Source of the DNA: Fervidicoccaceae archaeon
Lineage (GTDB): Archaea; Thermoproteota; Thermoprotei_A; Sulfolobales; Fervidicoccaceae
Assembly: GCA_038734945.1 (NCBI GenBank)
Contig: JAVYOA010000009.1
Location: forward strand, 496,001 to 536,354
Reading direction: 5' to 3'
DNA: 40,354 bases
Part shown: positions 1 through 8,816 of the stretch, in pieces
How positions within the stretch are numbered: the first letter of the stretch is position 1
How the letters are laid out: each line of letters opens with the position of its first letter
The notes under the pieces: model-generated
Database searches by the model: none
Told to the model about the DNA's origin: nothing
What the model saw: the letters and a program-made list of their open reading frames with translations, nothing else
Program-made: the position numbers and the translations under genes

Positions 1-752
1 ATTCCCCCCTCCCTCCTAGCAACTTTGAACAGTTTATTATGATAGACTATCACTCCTTTATCAGTGATTTCCATTGGATGCCTCCTCATGTCATGAGCTG
101 TCCCTCTCATTTTCCAGACTATTATAGACCTATATAGCTGACCGTCAATTTCATCCAAATCAAGCCTAACGATGCCATCAACTGCATGCTCAACACCAGG
201 ACCTCCAAAGCCCCTCTCTGTCACGCTTACCTGCGAAACTATTAAGCTGGTAGTACCCATGCCAGCTAGAACTCTTTTTATAAGAAGAAGGGTGCTCCTA
301 GCCATTGCTGGCTTCGAGAGATAGAGAGTTGATACAGAATCAATGGAGACTCTCTTGGCGTCCACATCTTTTATGGCAGCTCTCAGGACATCGATTAGCT
401 CTCCCACATCGTCTGCGGTCTTCACTATATATTTTTCCCTTTTAGCAGCCTCTCCAATACCAGATGTAAAAGCATCTACTAAAGCAAACTTTCCCTCTTC
501 CTCGTATTTTCTGACATCCCAACCGAAAGACATCATTGCTTTTCTTATTTGTACTGGATGCTCTTCCAGCGCTACAAATACTCCCGGCTCACCTATTGAG
601 AGGCCGTAGAAAATGTACTGCTGAGAGAATATGGTCTTTCCAGTTCCTGGTCCTCCTGTCAGCAGAACAACGTTTTTCTCAGGGATTCCTCCATAGAGGA
701 GCTCATCAAAGCCAGGAATCCCCGTTTTTACCTTTTTTATTACAGATGACAC
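1..752 (-). CDS. KaiC-like / RadA-paralog RecA-superfamily ATPase (3' end runs off the window)
   Basis: Not in the ORF track; translated by hand from GTG at 752 after RBS GAGGTGA (764-758): [40 protein letters not shown] (Walker A)...VALEEHP...RVSIDS (Walker B)...[12 protein letters not shown]...VWKMRGTAH. Frame stays open to position 1. Confidence 0.93.
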   Translation of the reverse strand, partial: MSSVIKKVKTGIPGFDELLYGGIPEKNVVLLTGGPGTGKTIFSQQYIFYGLSIGEPGVFVALEEHPVQIRKAMMSFGWDVRKYEEEGKFALVDAFTSGIGEAAKREKYIVKTADDVGELIDVLRAAIKDVDAKRVSIDSVSTLYLSKPAMARSTLLLIKRVLAGMGTTSLIVSQVSVTERGFGGPGVEHAVDGIVRLDLDEIDGQLYRSIIVWKMRGTAHDMRRHPMEITDKGVIVYHNKLFKVARREGG

Positions 753-816
753 GTCATTCACCTCTGAAATCCTTTCACCATCTTTCTCTTCTATCTCACT
801 ATTAATCTTATCCATA

Positions 817-1299
817 CTAAAGGATTAACTGTTGGACTTTACCTAAACGTTTTTCAAAGCAATTAACAATCTCTTCCAAGCGAAAATATTCACCGGCATT
901 CTCAGAAATTAAAAAAAGGTGACCCCTTGCTTTTGAGTCAGATGAGCCAAATTTTTCCACAACTTCTTCAGCAGCTGATTCTATGCATTTACTAGCTTCA
1001 TATTCCTTTCCCCTGCTCTGCGAGCATATCCAAATGAGCTCTATTGGATTGAAAAAATCTTTTGAGGTCAAGTAATCAATATGCCATCGAATTTTCTTGT
1101 TTCTTGAAAGATGCCTGGCGACTCTTTGAGCTATTCCTTTTCGGAGAAAAGAAGATCCAATGTATCCATACACGCCTGCTTTTAAGCTCAAAGTTCCAAG
1201 ACTTCCTACTTGGATATCAACATTTTTTTCTAGCCGGAAAATGAGAAAATAGTAGCCAGTGCATGTTATGCTAGGAGCTCCAAAGCTCAACTTTCGCAT
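817..1299 (-). CDS. DUF123 / GIY-YIG (Uri superfamily) nuclease-like protein
   Basis: Motifs [27 protein letters not shown] and HLF are typical of COG1833. Confidence 0.85.
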   Translation of the reverse strand: MRKLSFGAPSITCTGYYFLIFRLEKNVDIQVGSLGTLSLKAGVYGYIGSSFLRKGIAQRVARHLSRNKKIRWHIDYLTSKDFFNPIELIWICSQSRGKEYEASKCIESAAEEVVEKFGSSDSKARGHLFLISENAGEYFRLEEIVNCFEKRLGKVQQLIL

Positions 1300-1823
1300 T
1301 TTACTATATCAGCCTTCTCTCCAGTTATTCCATTTATAGCCAGCTGAATAGCATAAAGTGAGCTGCTTATCCTGTTCATTAGGGAAAGGACAAGCTGCTC
1401 CTCTCCAATCGGTTCTTTTCTCTCTATTAATTCAACAAGCCTTCTCTCCGCTCTCCTGACAAGAGTTCTGGCTAAGCTTACAGCAGCTGCTGCTGGATGC
1501 CCGCCGTTTAAGACAAATTGATTTCCAACATAGCTAGAATAAGAGTCGGCGATCTCCTCAAGTTTTTTGAGATCGTCTTGCGAAATGCATTTTTTTCCTG
1601 AAACTGTGAATCCTATTCTGAACAGCAAGGCTTGAATCCAGTTGAGCTTTTCTCTCAGAGATTGAAGCTCATTTGGAATAATGCTGCTGGCCAGCCCAAG
1701 AGCTGCTTCGGCCTCATCCAAGCTTCCCATGAACTCGATAAATGGATGGCTCTTTGGTATGAATTCCAGATACTTCAAACAGAATGTCTTCCCGCTATCT
1801 CCCTTTTTTGTGTAGAATTTCAT
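1287..1823 (-). CDS. ATP:cob(I)alamin adenosyltransferase, PduO type
   Basis: N-terminal YTKKGDSGKT, GSLDEAEA, ARTLVRRAERR and NRISS motifs. Confidence 0.88.
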   Translation of the reverse strand: MKFYTKKGDSGKTFCLKYLEFIPKSHPFIEFMGSLDEAEAALGLASSIIPNELQSLREKLNWIQALLFRIGFTVSGKKCISQDDLKKLEEIADSYSSYVGNQFVLNGGHPAAAAVSLARTLVRRAERRLVELIERKEPIGEEQLVLSLMNRISSSLYAIQLAINGITGEKADIVKCES

Positions 1824-1939
1824 GGAATTTCTACCAAAGAGATCGATCTGATTTTCGTGTTTTTATTAATTGGTGCATGTTTTTATACTCATTTTTGAGT
1901 AATTACTTTTAAATATTGTTTTCCCTTTTTTAATTTAGT

Positions 1940-3262
1940 GTGATGAAGTTGAGCAGGAAAATAACATACATTGAAGCTGTAATGATGGGCATAGGAGGAA
2001 TGTTCGGACTGGCAATATTTGTTTTTCCAGGTACAGTAGCAAAGATGATAGGCAGCTGGGAGGTTTTGACTTGGCCAGTTGCAGGCTTGCTCATGATACC
2101 TGTGGGACTCATTTATTCAGAACTATCCAGCGCTTTCAAAGTTAATGGAGGTCCAGCAGTATATACAAGGTTAGTATTTGGAGATAGCTTCATATCCAAA
2201 TTGCTTTCATTCTTAACTTTGATGGGCTTCTTTGTTGGTTGGACAATAGCTATAGTCATAGGAGCGATAGCAGCTCCGATGTATTTATCATTTTCCTTTC
2301 CAATGCTGGAGAATTTTTATGCAATCCTTCCACCGATCATGGTAATAGCAATTTTGCTGATTTCAATTTCTGGTTATAGAAGGGCTTCCAGAGTGAACTA
2401 TGCTCTTACAGCAGCGCTGCTAGTTGTAACCATTTTTTACATCTCAACAATATCCTCTAGAGGAGAATTATCCAACATTATTCCAAGCAATAGCTTGAAT
2501 ATTTCTAGCTTCTTCTCATCCATAGGAATAGTTATTGGTGCATACGGCGCCTGGGTCGGGATACCATCCCTGTACAAGGAGATAAGGGATCCTGAAAGGG
2601 TCGTTCCAAAAGCTACAGCAGTCTCAATTATAGCTACAGCAATCGTATATACAGCTCTTGTTATTTCGCTGCATGCCGTTGTTCCATATAGTTATTTTCT
2701 CACAAATCCTAAAGCGCAAACATCTCCCTTTTCTTTTGCCTTGGAAATCCTGGGGAGCAATCAAGGCATTAAGGTAATCTTCTCGATGGCAGTATTCCTT
2801 GCAATTGCAACTACGATGTTGATAGGAGTTCTTAGCCTGAGTGCCTCTATAAATTCAGGGTCTGAGCAAGGTGTAATACCAATTTCAATTTCAAAATATG
2901 ATAAAAAGCTCGGAGACAAGCATATCATTTCAACATTGATAGCAGCAATTCCATCTGTAGTTCTATCAATGGTGCCTCAATACTTCTTCCAGCTCATGGT
3001 TATAGGCCTTGTAATTGGGACCGATCTACCTTACTTAATAAATGTTTCATCCTACTTGTACTACAAATATAAGGGAATGGACAAAATTGCTGACTACAAA
3101 CTTAAGCATGGCGTATTTTTGGGACTACTATCTTTTGTAATAATAGGAATATCTGCCCTGAACTTGTCAATGCTTGAACTTTTCTGGAGTGGAGTGACTG
3201 TAGCCATTCTCTGCGCACTCTTCGTTTTGAGAGAATTTTTGAGTAAGAGAGAAAAGGCATAA
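1940..3262 (+). CDS. APC-family amino acid permease
   Basis: About 12 hydrophobic segments; GIGGMFG in TM1, YSELSS-x5-GG and EIRDPERVVP motifs. Confidence 0.9.
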   Translation: MMKLSRKITYIEAVMMGIGGMFGLAIFVFPGTVAKMIGSWEVLTWPVAGLLMIPVGLIYSELSSAFKVNGGPAVYTRLVFGDSFISKLLSFLTLMGFFVGWTIAIVIGAIAAPMYLSFSFPMLENFYAILPPIMVIAILLISISGYRRASRVNYALTAALLVVTIFYISTISSRGELSNIIPSNSLNISSFFSSIGIVIGAYGAWVGIPSLYKEIRDPERVVPKATAVSIIATAIVYTALVISLHAVVPYSYFLTNPKAQTSPFSFALEILGSNQGIKVIFSMAVFLAIATTMLIGVLSLSASINSGSEQGVIPISISKYDKKLGDKHIISTLIAAIPSVVLSMVPQYFFQLMVIGLVIGTDLPYLINVSSYLYYKYKGMDKIADYKLKHGVFLGLLSFVIIGISALNLSMLELFWSGVTVAILCALFVLREFLSKREKA

Positions 3263-3272
3263 AACTTATAAT
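3261..3272 (+). promoter_or_regulatory. BRE/TATA promoter of tRNA-Asp
   Basis: AAAACTTATAAT about 26-33 nt upstream of the tRNA 5' end. Confidence 0.6.
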
Positions 3273-3297
3273 CTAACTACAATTAAGTTTAGAGCGA

Positions 3298-3372
3298 GCC
3301 GCGGTAGTATAGCCTGGCCTAGTATGCGGGCCTGTCGAGCCCGTGACCCGGGTTCAAATCCCGGCCGCGGCG
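3298..3372 (+). tRNA. tRNA-Asp(GTC), no intron, CCA not encoded
   Basis: Acceptor stem GCCGCGG/CCGCGGC plus G73; anticodon arm CGGGC-CTGTCGA-GCCCG; T arm CCGGG-TTCAAAT-CCCGG; followed by a T-rich tract. Confidence 0.97.
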
Positions 3373-3422
3373 TTTCCTTTTTATCCTTGAATTAGAAATT
3401 TTATACAAAAAATTATGAGGCT

Positions 3423-4256
3423 TTGAAAATGAGAGGTTTTTTCCCCAGGATTATAGGAGTCATACATCTTCCCAGACTACCATCCATAACATATCCCGTA
3501 AAAAATAGTGTTGGTGACATAGCAGCATTTGCTGTGGAGGAGGCCAGAATTCTGGAAGAGCTTGGATATGATGGGGCAATCATCGAGAACTTTGGGGATA
3601 CTCCATACTTGAAAAGAGTGAGCGATCCCCTTACCCTATCAGCTTTTTCAGTAATAGCCAGAGAAGTGAGGAAGTCTGTCAGTATTCAGGTGGGAATAAA
3701 CGTTCTTAGAAACTCTGGAAGAGAGGCCTACTCAATAGCAGTAGCCACTGGTTCTGACTTTGTGCGAGTGAACGCTCTTTCTGAGACGATCATATCAGAT
3801 TCAGGCATTATAGAGGCTGAATCAACAGCGATGCGGGATGTAAGGCTAAACTATCCAGGTGTGAAAGTATTTGCTGATATATTGGTTAAGCATGCTGGCA
3901 GCTTATATTATCTTTCTCTCAAAGAGATGGAAGCTAAGATTGGAGGAAAGGAAGAAGGATTTATGGAGAGCATCTTGATGGATACTGTAGAAAGAGGTGG
4001 TGCTGACGCCATCATTGTTACGGGTATGAGAACTGGGGAACCTCCGGTTGAGGAGGAGCTAAAAATGATAAAGAGAATTTCGCCCGTTCCTGTATATGTG
4101 GGAAGCGGTGCAACAAAACAAAACATAGCTAGGTTACTTGAGCATGCAGATGGGGTAATCGTGGGAACCTCGATTAAGATTGGAAAAAAAGCAGGAAATA
4201 GAATTGATAGGAAAGAGGCTGAAGAATTCATTAAGGCTGCCAGGGGGAAAATTTAA
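3423..4256 (+). CDS. BtpA/SgcQ family TIM-barrel protein
   Basis: IGVIHL, IENFGDTPY, GINVLRN, ADILVKHA, ADAIIVTG, VGSG and DGVIVGTS motifs. Confidence 0.92.
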   Translation: MKMRGFFPRIIGVIHLPRLPSITYPVKNSVGDIAAFAVEEARILEELGYDGAIIENFGDTPYLKRVSDPLTLSAFSVIAREVRKSVSIQVGINVLRNSGREAYSIAVATGSDFVRVNALSETIISDSGIIEAESTAMRDVRLNYPGVKVFADILVKHAGSLYYLSLKEMEAKIGGKEEGFMESILMDTVERGGADAIIVTGMRTGEPPVEEELKMIKRISPVPVYVGSGATKQNIARLLEHADGVIVGTSIKIGKKAGNRIDRKEAEEFIKAARGKI

Positions 4257-5194
4257 TGAAGGTGGCAGTCATAGGACATGCCCTGGTTGATCATGAATAT
4301 GTTGTTGATAGGATAGCTGAAACGGACGATGAGTACAGGATAATTGAGAACTTCTCATCCCCAGGCGGCTCAGCCCTGAATACATCCGTTGGACTGAAGG
4401 AATTAGGAAATCTTCCTGTACTTATTGCTAATGTTGGGAGAGATAGGAGGGGGCTTTTTCTCAGAAGCTTCATTAAGAAAAGAAATCTTGAAATGAGTGG
4501 TTTAAGAATCAGAGAAGGCAGAACAGGTTTCTGCATAGTTATAAGAGATACTTTTGGAGGAGTCAGAATCTTCAGTAAATTGGGGGTCTCGGAGCCTATT
4601 TACTTCGATGAGAAAATGGAAAAAGCTCTAAGAGGTGTTGAGGGAATTCATATTGCTTCCCTGAGTATTGGAAATATAGGTGAGCTCCTTAATTTTCTCA
4701 CAGCAATTGATTTAGGAGAAAGGATAACGTGGGATATTGGTAGAGTTGTTTCAAAAAGCCCTGAAGAGAGTATTGTAGAGATTGCTAAGAGAATGTCAGT
4801 CATATTCATAAGCGAAAGGGAAGCAATGAATATTGCACCTGAACTTTCACCACGGGATACTGCCTCTAGACTGTCTTCATATATAGAGGGATTGCTTGTA
4901 TTGAAGAAAAGCGATGGTGGAGAAGTTTATAGCGGAGGAAGAAAAATTGCTGCTATTAAATTGAAGAAAAAATTTCAAGCTATAGATACACTTGGAGCTG
5001 GAGATGCATTTGCTTCCTCTTTTTTGACCAGTTACTTTTCTGGAGAAAGCGCGGAGGACTCATTAGGAAAGGCCATCATATATGCTGGCTTGAAGGTAGG
5101 GAGAAAGGGAGGAAGTAATATGCCATCAGCAAAGGAGCTATATGAGGAATGGGCTGACAGAAGTGAAAGATATCTCGAACATGAAGATTCATGA
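4256..5194 (+). CDS. PfkB-family carbohydrate/nucleoside kinase
   Basis: PGGSALN and DTLGAGDAF signatures; TAATG overlap with the btpA-like gene. Confidence 0.92.
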   Translation: MKVAVIGHALVDHEYVVDRIAETDDEYRIIENFSSPGGSALNTSVGLKELGNLPVLIANVGRDRRGLFLRSFIKKRNLEMSGLRIREGRTGFCIVIRDTFGGVRIFSKLGVSEPIYFDEKMEKALRGVEGIHIASLSIGNIGELLNFLTAIDLGERITWDIGRVVSKSPEESIVEIAKRMSVIFISEREAMNIAPELSPRDTASRLSSYIEGLLVLKKSDGGEVYSGGRKIAAIKLKKKFQAIDTLGAGDAFASSFLTSYFSGESAEDSLGKAIIYAGLKVGRKGGSNMPSAKELYEEWADRSERYLEHEDS

Positions 5195-5274
5195 ATTTTA
5201 CATTTTTGGAACCAAAATATGGAGCTTAAATGCTTGGTTTAAGGCTCATATCGCTGAAAATTACACATTCGAAT

Positions 5275-6036
5275 TCAGATCTCACGCCATCTGCTTCTGT
5301 ACATAGCTATTTCCATGAACAATATCATCTCCACAACTAGAATTATCCATAAAAATATTTCATTGATTGGCAGCATTGGAATAAGTCCAAGATGGTAATG
5401 AAGGATAGCTGCTGTTGAACTTGTTGGGACAATCATGGAGATTTTTGCTATTAATGGAGGAAGTATTGTTGATGGATAATATACTGGAGGAATAACTGAG
5501 ATGGCAAACGAAAGTATTCCGGAAAGAGGCCAAACAAATCTCGGCTCCTTTACGAATGTTGCCAAAGTAAATGAGAGACCGGAAAGAGATAGAAGAGAGA
5601 GAAGTAGCGCAAAGATATAGTAAATTAGGTTTGATAGGTTCAGGATATTGTAGTATACCATGAGTACAACGAACAAGCCTATACCTGGAATAGAGAAGAA
5701 GAGCCCGCTCAGCATCAAACCCATAAGGTATGAAACTGGTCTTATTGGACTTGCAACCATCATGTCCTGAAATTTTACTTCCCTCTTGTAGAATACCGTA
5801 TCTCCCATTAGGCCTATTGCATTAGATGAAATTATCATCAGAAGACCTCCAACAAGGGAAAACATTAGCATATCTGGCCTAGCATATAATCGCATAAGTA
5901 TGAGGAATGATGCTGGAGGTACAATATTGCTTATCATCCAAAGAGGATTTCGCCTCGCTGCAACTATTCCATTTAACCATGCTAGAGCTAGCGCTGCTCG
6001 TGCCTGCACAATCATTCTTCTCCAATTAGCTTCCAT
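5275..6036 (-). CDS. ABC-2 type exporter permease
   Basis: About six TM segments, PVYYP motif, overlaps the upstream ATPase gene. Confidence 0.88.
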   Translation of the reverse strand: MEANWRRMIVQARAALALAWLNGIVAARRNPLWMISNIVPPASFLILMRLYARPDMLMFSLVGGLLMIISSNAIGLMGDTVFYKREVKFQDMMVASPIRPVSYLMGLMLSGLFFSIPGIGLFVVLMVYYNILNLSNLIYYIFALLLSLLSLSGLSFTLATFVKEPRFVWPLSGILSFAISVIPPVYYPSTILPPLIAKISMIVPTSSTAAILHYHLGLIPMLPINEIFLWIILVVEMILFMEIAMYRSRWREI

Positions 6037-6953
6037 TTCTCCTCACCCACAGATCTGAGGAATACATCTTCGAGTGTGGTTACACTGCCTACTGCTCTGC
6101 ATCCTCTTTCATTCAAGTAGCTAATAGCGCTTTCGAGGTCGTCATTTAGGTAAATTATGTATGGGGGCATGCTGCCATGCACTTCTCCAAACTTCATCAT
6201 CATGTCTCTATCACATTCATCTAAAACCTCAACTTTTCTCTTCCACTTGAAATTGCTCAGAAGCGAGCTGGGTTCTCCTTCGATTATCTTCTCACCATTA
6301 TGGATTATGATTACCTTATCGCTGAGCTTCTCAGCTTCATCCATGTAATGAGTTGTGAGCAGTATTGTCTTTCCTTTTTTCTTCAAGAGAGCAATCTTTC
6401 CCCACAAGTCCCTTCTAGCAAGGGGATCGAGTCCAATGGTGGGTTCATCCAGCATGATGAGCTCAACATTCATTGCCAGAACAACAGCCAAGAGAAGCCT
6501 CCTTTGAAAACCTCCGCTTAAATCCCAGGCAGCCTTATTCATATCGGCTTCTGAAAACTCAAGTTCTCTCAAAACCTCCTTTGCCCTTATTCTTGCTTCT
6601 CCAAAGGAAAAGCCTCTCATTGTGAGCACAGCTACTATATATTCAATGGGTGATGGAAAGAGAAGTGGCTTTGCATCTTGAGGTATAACAGCTATTCTCT
6701 CTCTAATTTCATAGGGCTGACTAATAGCATCGTATCCGAGAACCTCAATTTCTCCCTTTGTTGGCAATAGCTGTGTAGCAGCTATTCTCAGAAAGGTTGT
6801 TTTTCCGGCTCCATTTCTTCCGAGCAAAGTTGTTATCTTTCCTTTCTCCATAGTAAGAGAGAGATTCTTGAGAGCGGTTATTGAATTTCTTTTGCTATTG
6901 TAGATTTTCCATAGGGATTTGGCTTTTATAGCATCATTGGGCAAAAAAATCAC
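6012..6953 (-). CDS. ABC transporter ATP-binding protein (DrrA-like)
   Basis: GRNGAGKTT, LSGG, LDEPTIGLDP, TTHYMDEAE and TLEDVF. True start may be TTG at 6944 after AGGTGA. Confidence 0.93.
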   Translation of the reverse strand: MIFLPNDAIKAKSLWKIYNSKRNSITALKNLSLTMEKGKITTLLGRNGAGKTTFLRIAATQLLPTKGEIEVLGYDAISQPYEIRERIAVIPQDAKPLLFPSPIEYIVAVLTMRGFSFGEARIRAKEVLRELEFSEADMNKAAWDLSGGFQRRLLLAVVLAMNVELIMLDEPTIGLDPLARRDLWGKIALLKKKGKTILLTTHYMDEAEKLSDKVIIIHNGEKIIEGEPSSLLSNFKWKRKVEVLDECDRDMMMKFGEVHGSMPPYIIYLNDDLESAISYLNERGCRAVGSVTTLEDVFLRSVGEEKWKLIGEE

Positions 6954-7080
6954 CTTACCTAATCATAAGATATCTAAAGAGGAGATTTTCTTTAGGATTA
7001 ATATTAATGCTGTTACCTGTTTGAAAATTAAGGATAAGCTGGAAGATGGCTGGGATAGGAATTGTATAATAAATGTAAGG

Positions 7081-7181
7081 TCCCCCCGCCGGGCATCGAA
7101 CCCGGGACCTGCCGGTATCGGCGAGATCATGTGGGGACCGTCTCACTACAGCCGGCCGCTCTACCGCTGAGCTACGGGGGG
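7081..7181 (-). tRNA. tRNA-Tyr(GTA) with 29-nt intron at 37/38 (intron 7117-7145)
   Basis: Minus strand reads CCCCCCG TA GCTCAGCGGTAGAGC G GCCGG CTGTAG [intron] A CCGGC AGGTC CCGGG TTCGATG CCCGG CGGGGGG A. C1-G72 and A73 are the archaeal Tyr identity elements; mature length is 72 nt. Confidence 0.95.
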
Positions 7182-7314
7182 CTGCCTTTTTACAAGGCAT
7201 GCGGCAAATATTTTTTCAGAAAATGACCTTTTTAATTTTTCCTGATTTGCTAATCTGCTTAATGAAAATGCTGAAAAGGAAGCTTTCAGTCCTTCTTATA
7301 GATAAGAGAGAATA

Positions 7315-7689
7315 TTATCTATCTATTAGCTGAGGCTGAAATATTTGCTTCTCCTTGTCAACTTTCTCTTCTATTTCCTCTATCATGAATTCCAGGTTCA
7401 GAGTTCTTTCTTCTAGAGCCTTTATCATTGAAGCTTGTATTTTGCCTTGTCTCTCAAACTGTTTTTTGATATCCTCTATTGTGCTTTCCACTCTGGAGAG
7501 CTTTTCTGCGAGCTCATTTATTTTTCCTGTATCCATAGCACCAGATGAGAGGTTACCATTTTTTGCTAGTGCGATTCCATTTTTTATCAGAACTTTTATG
7601 AGATCTGTAACTTGTATGCCATAATTTTCAGCAACTTGCCTTAGCTCCTCATATAGCTTATCCGGCAAAGAAAGATGAACAGTTGGCAT
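7315..7689 (-). CDS. RHH (CopG-like) DNA-binding protein with C-terminal coiled coil
   Basis: N-terminal beta strand PTVHLSLP followed by two helices; heptad-rich C-terminal half. Confidence 0.8.
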   Translation of the reverse strand: MPTVHLSLPDKLYEELRQVAENYGIQVTDLIKVLIKNGIALAKNGNLSSGAMDTGKINELAEKLSRVESTIEDIKKQFERQGKIQASMIKALEERTLNLEFMIEEIEEKVDKEKQIFQPQLIDR

Positions 7690-7767
7690 TAGTCTTTCCC
7701 TTTCAAGAAAAATACTGAATTATTAATATTTATTAGATTCTCTGTAAGTCTTTTTATATATAGAATA

Positions 7768-7812
7768 AGATGGTAATACCACGACCGAGATGCTAATAAT
7801 AAAATGACTCAT
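7768..7812. promoter_or_regulatory. Candidate operator repeats between the divergent RHH genes
   Basis: AGATGGTAATA (7768-7778) and AGATGCTAATA (7788-7798) at a 20-bp period; palindromes TGGTAATACCA (7771-7781) and ATGACTCAT (7804-7812); all just downstream of TTTTTATATA (7751-7760). Confidence 0.45.
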
Positions 7813-7836
7813 AATATATAACTGAAGGGAAAAGAG

Positions 7837-8025
7837 ATGACCCTGAAGATTATTACATTTAAAATCGATGAGGAGCTGCTGGAGAGAATTGACCTACTGG
7901 CCCAGGAAACTGGGACAAATAGGAGCGACATAATTAGAAAAGCGATTCTGCTATATGTTAATAAGATGGAAAAGGAGGCCACAATAAAGAAGCCCAGAAT
8001 AAAAATAATTAAGGATACGGAATGA
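7837..8025 (+). CDS. Small RHH transcription factor, aCcr1-like
   Basis: 62 aa: IITFKIDEELL...NRSDIIRKAI plus a basic C-terminal strand. Resembles Sulfolobales aCcr1 as I recall it. Confidence 0.8.
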   Translation: MTLKIITFKIDEELLERIDLLAQETGTNRSDIIRKAILLYVNKMEKEATIKKPRIKIIKDTE

Positions 8026-8030
8026 ATGCG

Positions 8031-8711
8031 CTATTTTTCCAGTCCTTTGAAGGTTAATATCTTCATCCTCTCATCTGAAGTACCCTTCTCACATAGAGAG
8101 AAAGGCTGCTCTGTCGAGATCACCTCAGCTTTAGCGAACTTTAGAAAATCCTTTAGAGGGGAGATTGGTAGGTTCATTCCGCTTCTCCAGTAGTGCATGG
8201 GAACGAGATATCTCGGATTTATTCTGCTCCCTATTTCCCATGCCTCAGAAGGATCTATGGTAAAGTATCCTCCTACCGGGATGAAAAGGACATCCACCCT
8301 TTCCTTTCCCAGCCACTCAAAGTAATCATCCTTTGGCATCTCTCCTACATCTCCCATGTGAAGAAGACGATATCCTTTTAACTCAATGAGATATGTTGAA
8401 ACAAATCCTCTCTTCTTCCCACTCTCCTTATCATGTGAAACCTTCTTTCCTTTCAACAGCAATTTCTCTCCATTTATTTCGATCTCCTTCTCTCCTTCAA
8501 ACATATCAAACACAACTGAGTTCGGCTTTGAGACATTTTCCTTTGCATTGTGATCGAAATGGTCATGTGTTATCAGAATCAAGTCAGCCTTCGTGTTTAT
8601 GGGCTTCAATCCTATGCTATATCCGTCGTGAGGATCAATAATGATTGAAACTTTTTCTGTTTGTATCTGAAAGGCCGCATGACCATGATAAAAGACTTTT
8701 ATGCATTCCAA
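8031..8711 (-). CDS. MBL-fold metallo-hydrolase (COG2220-like)
   Basis: GHAAF, THDHFDH, HMGD, PVGG and PMHY motifs. Confidence 0.92.
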   Translation of the reverse strand: MECIKVFYHGHAAFQIQTEKVSIIIDPHDGYSIGLKPINTKADLILITHDHFDHNAKENVSKPNSVVFDMFEGEKEIEINGEKLLLKGKKVSHDKESGKKRGFVSTYLIELKGYRLLHMGDVGEMPKDDYFEWLGKERVDVLFIPVGGYFTIDPSEAWEIGSRINPRYLVPMHYWRSGMNLPISPLKDFLKFAKAEVISTEQPFSLCEKGTSDERMKILTFKGLEK

Positions 8712-8816
8712 ATTTCACACCCTAGATTTAACTATTTCTTTCCAGATATTTATTGATGATTATTTTTACTCTTTACCCGCTGTTAATTCTCAAAAACTAA
8801 GTATGCTTGTGTCTTT

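Noticed and set aside
1..752. Circadian-clock KaiC system
   Set aside because: Single-domain KaiC-like ATPases are common in archaea, and no kaiA/kaiB is present in the window.
3298..7181. Integrated element between the two tRNA genes
   Set aside because: No integrase, no duplicated tRNA end (att site) seen, and the enclosed genes are ordinary.
6919..7200. 81-83 aa ORFs on both strands
   Set aside because: They arise from the stop-poor, GC-rich tRNA-Tyr gene.
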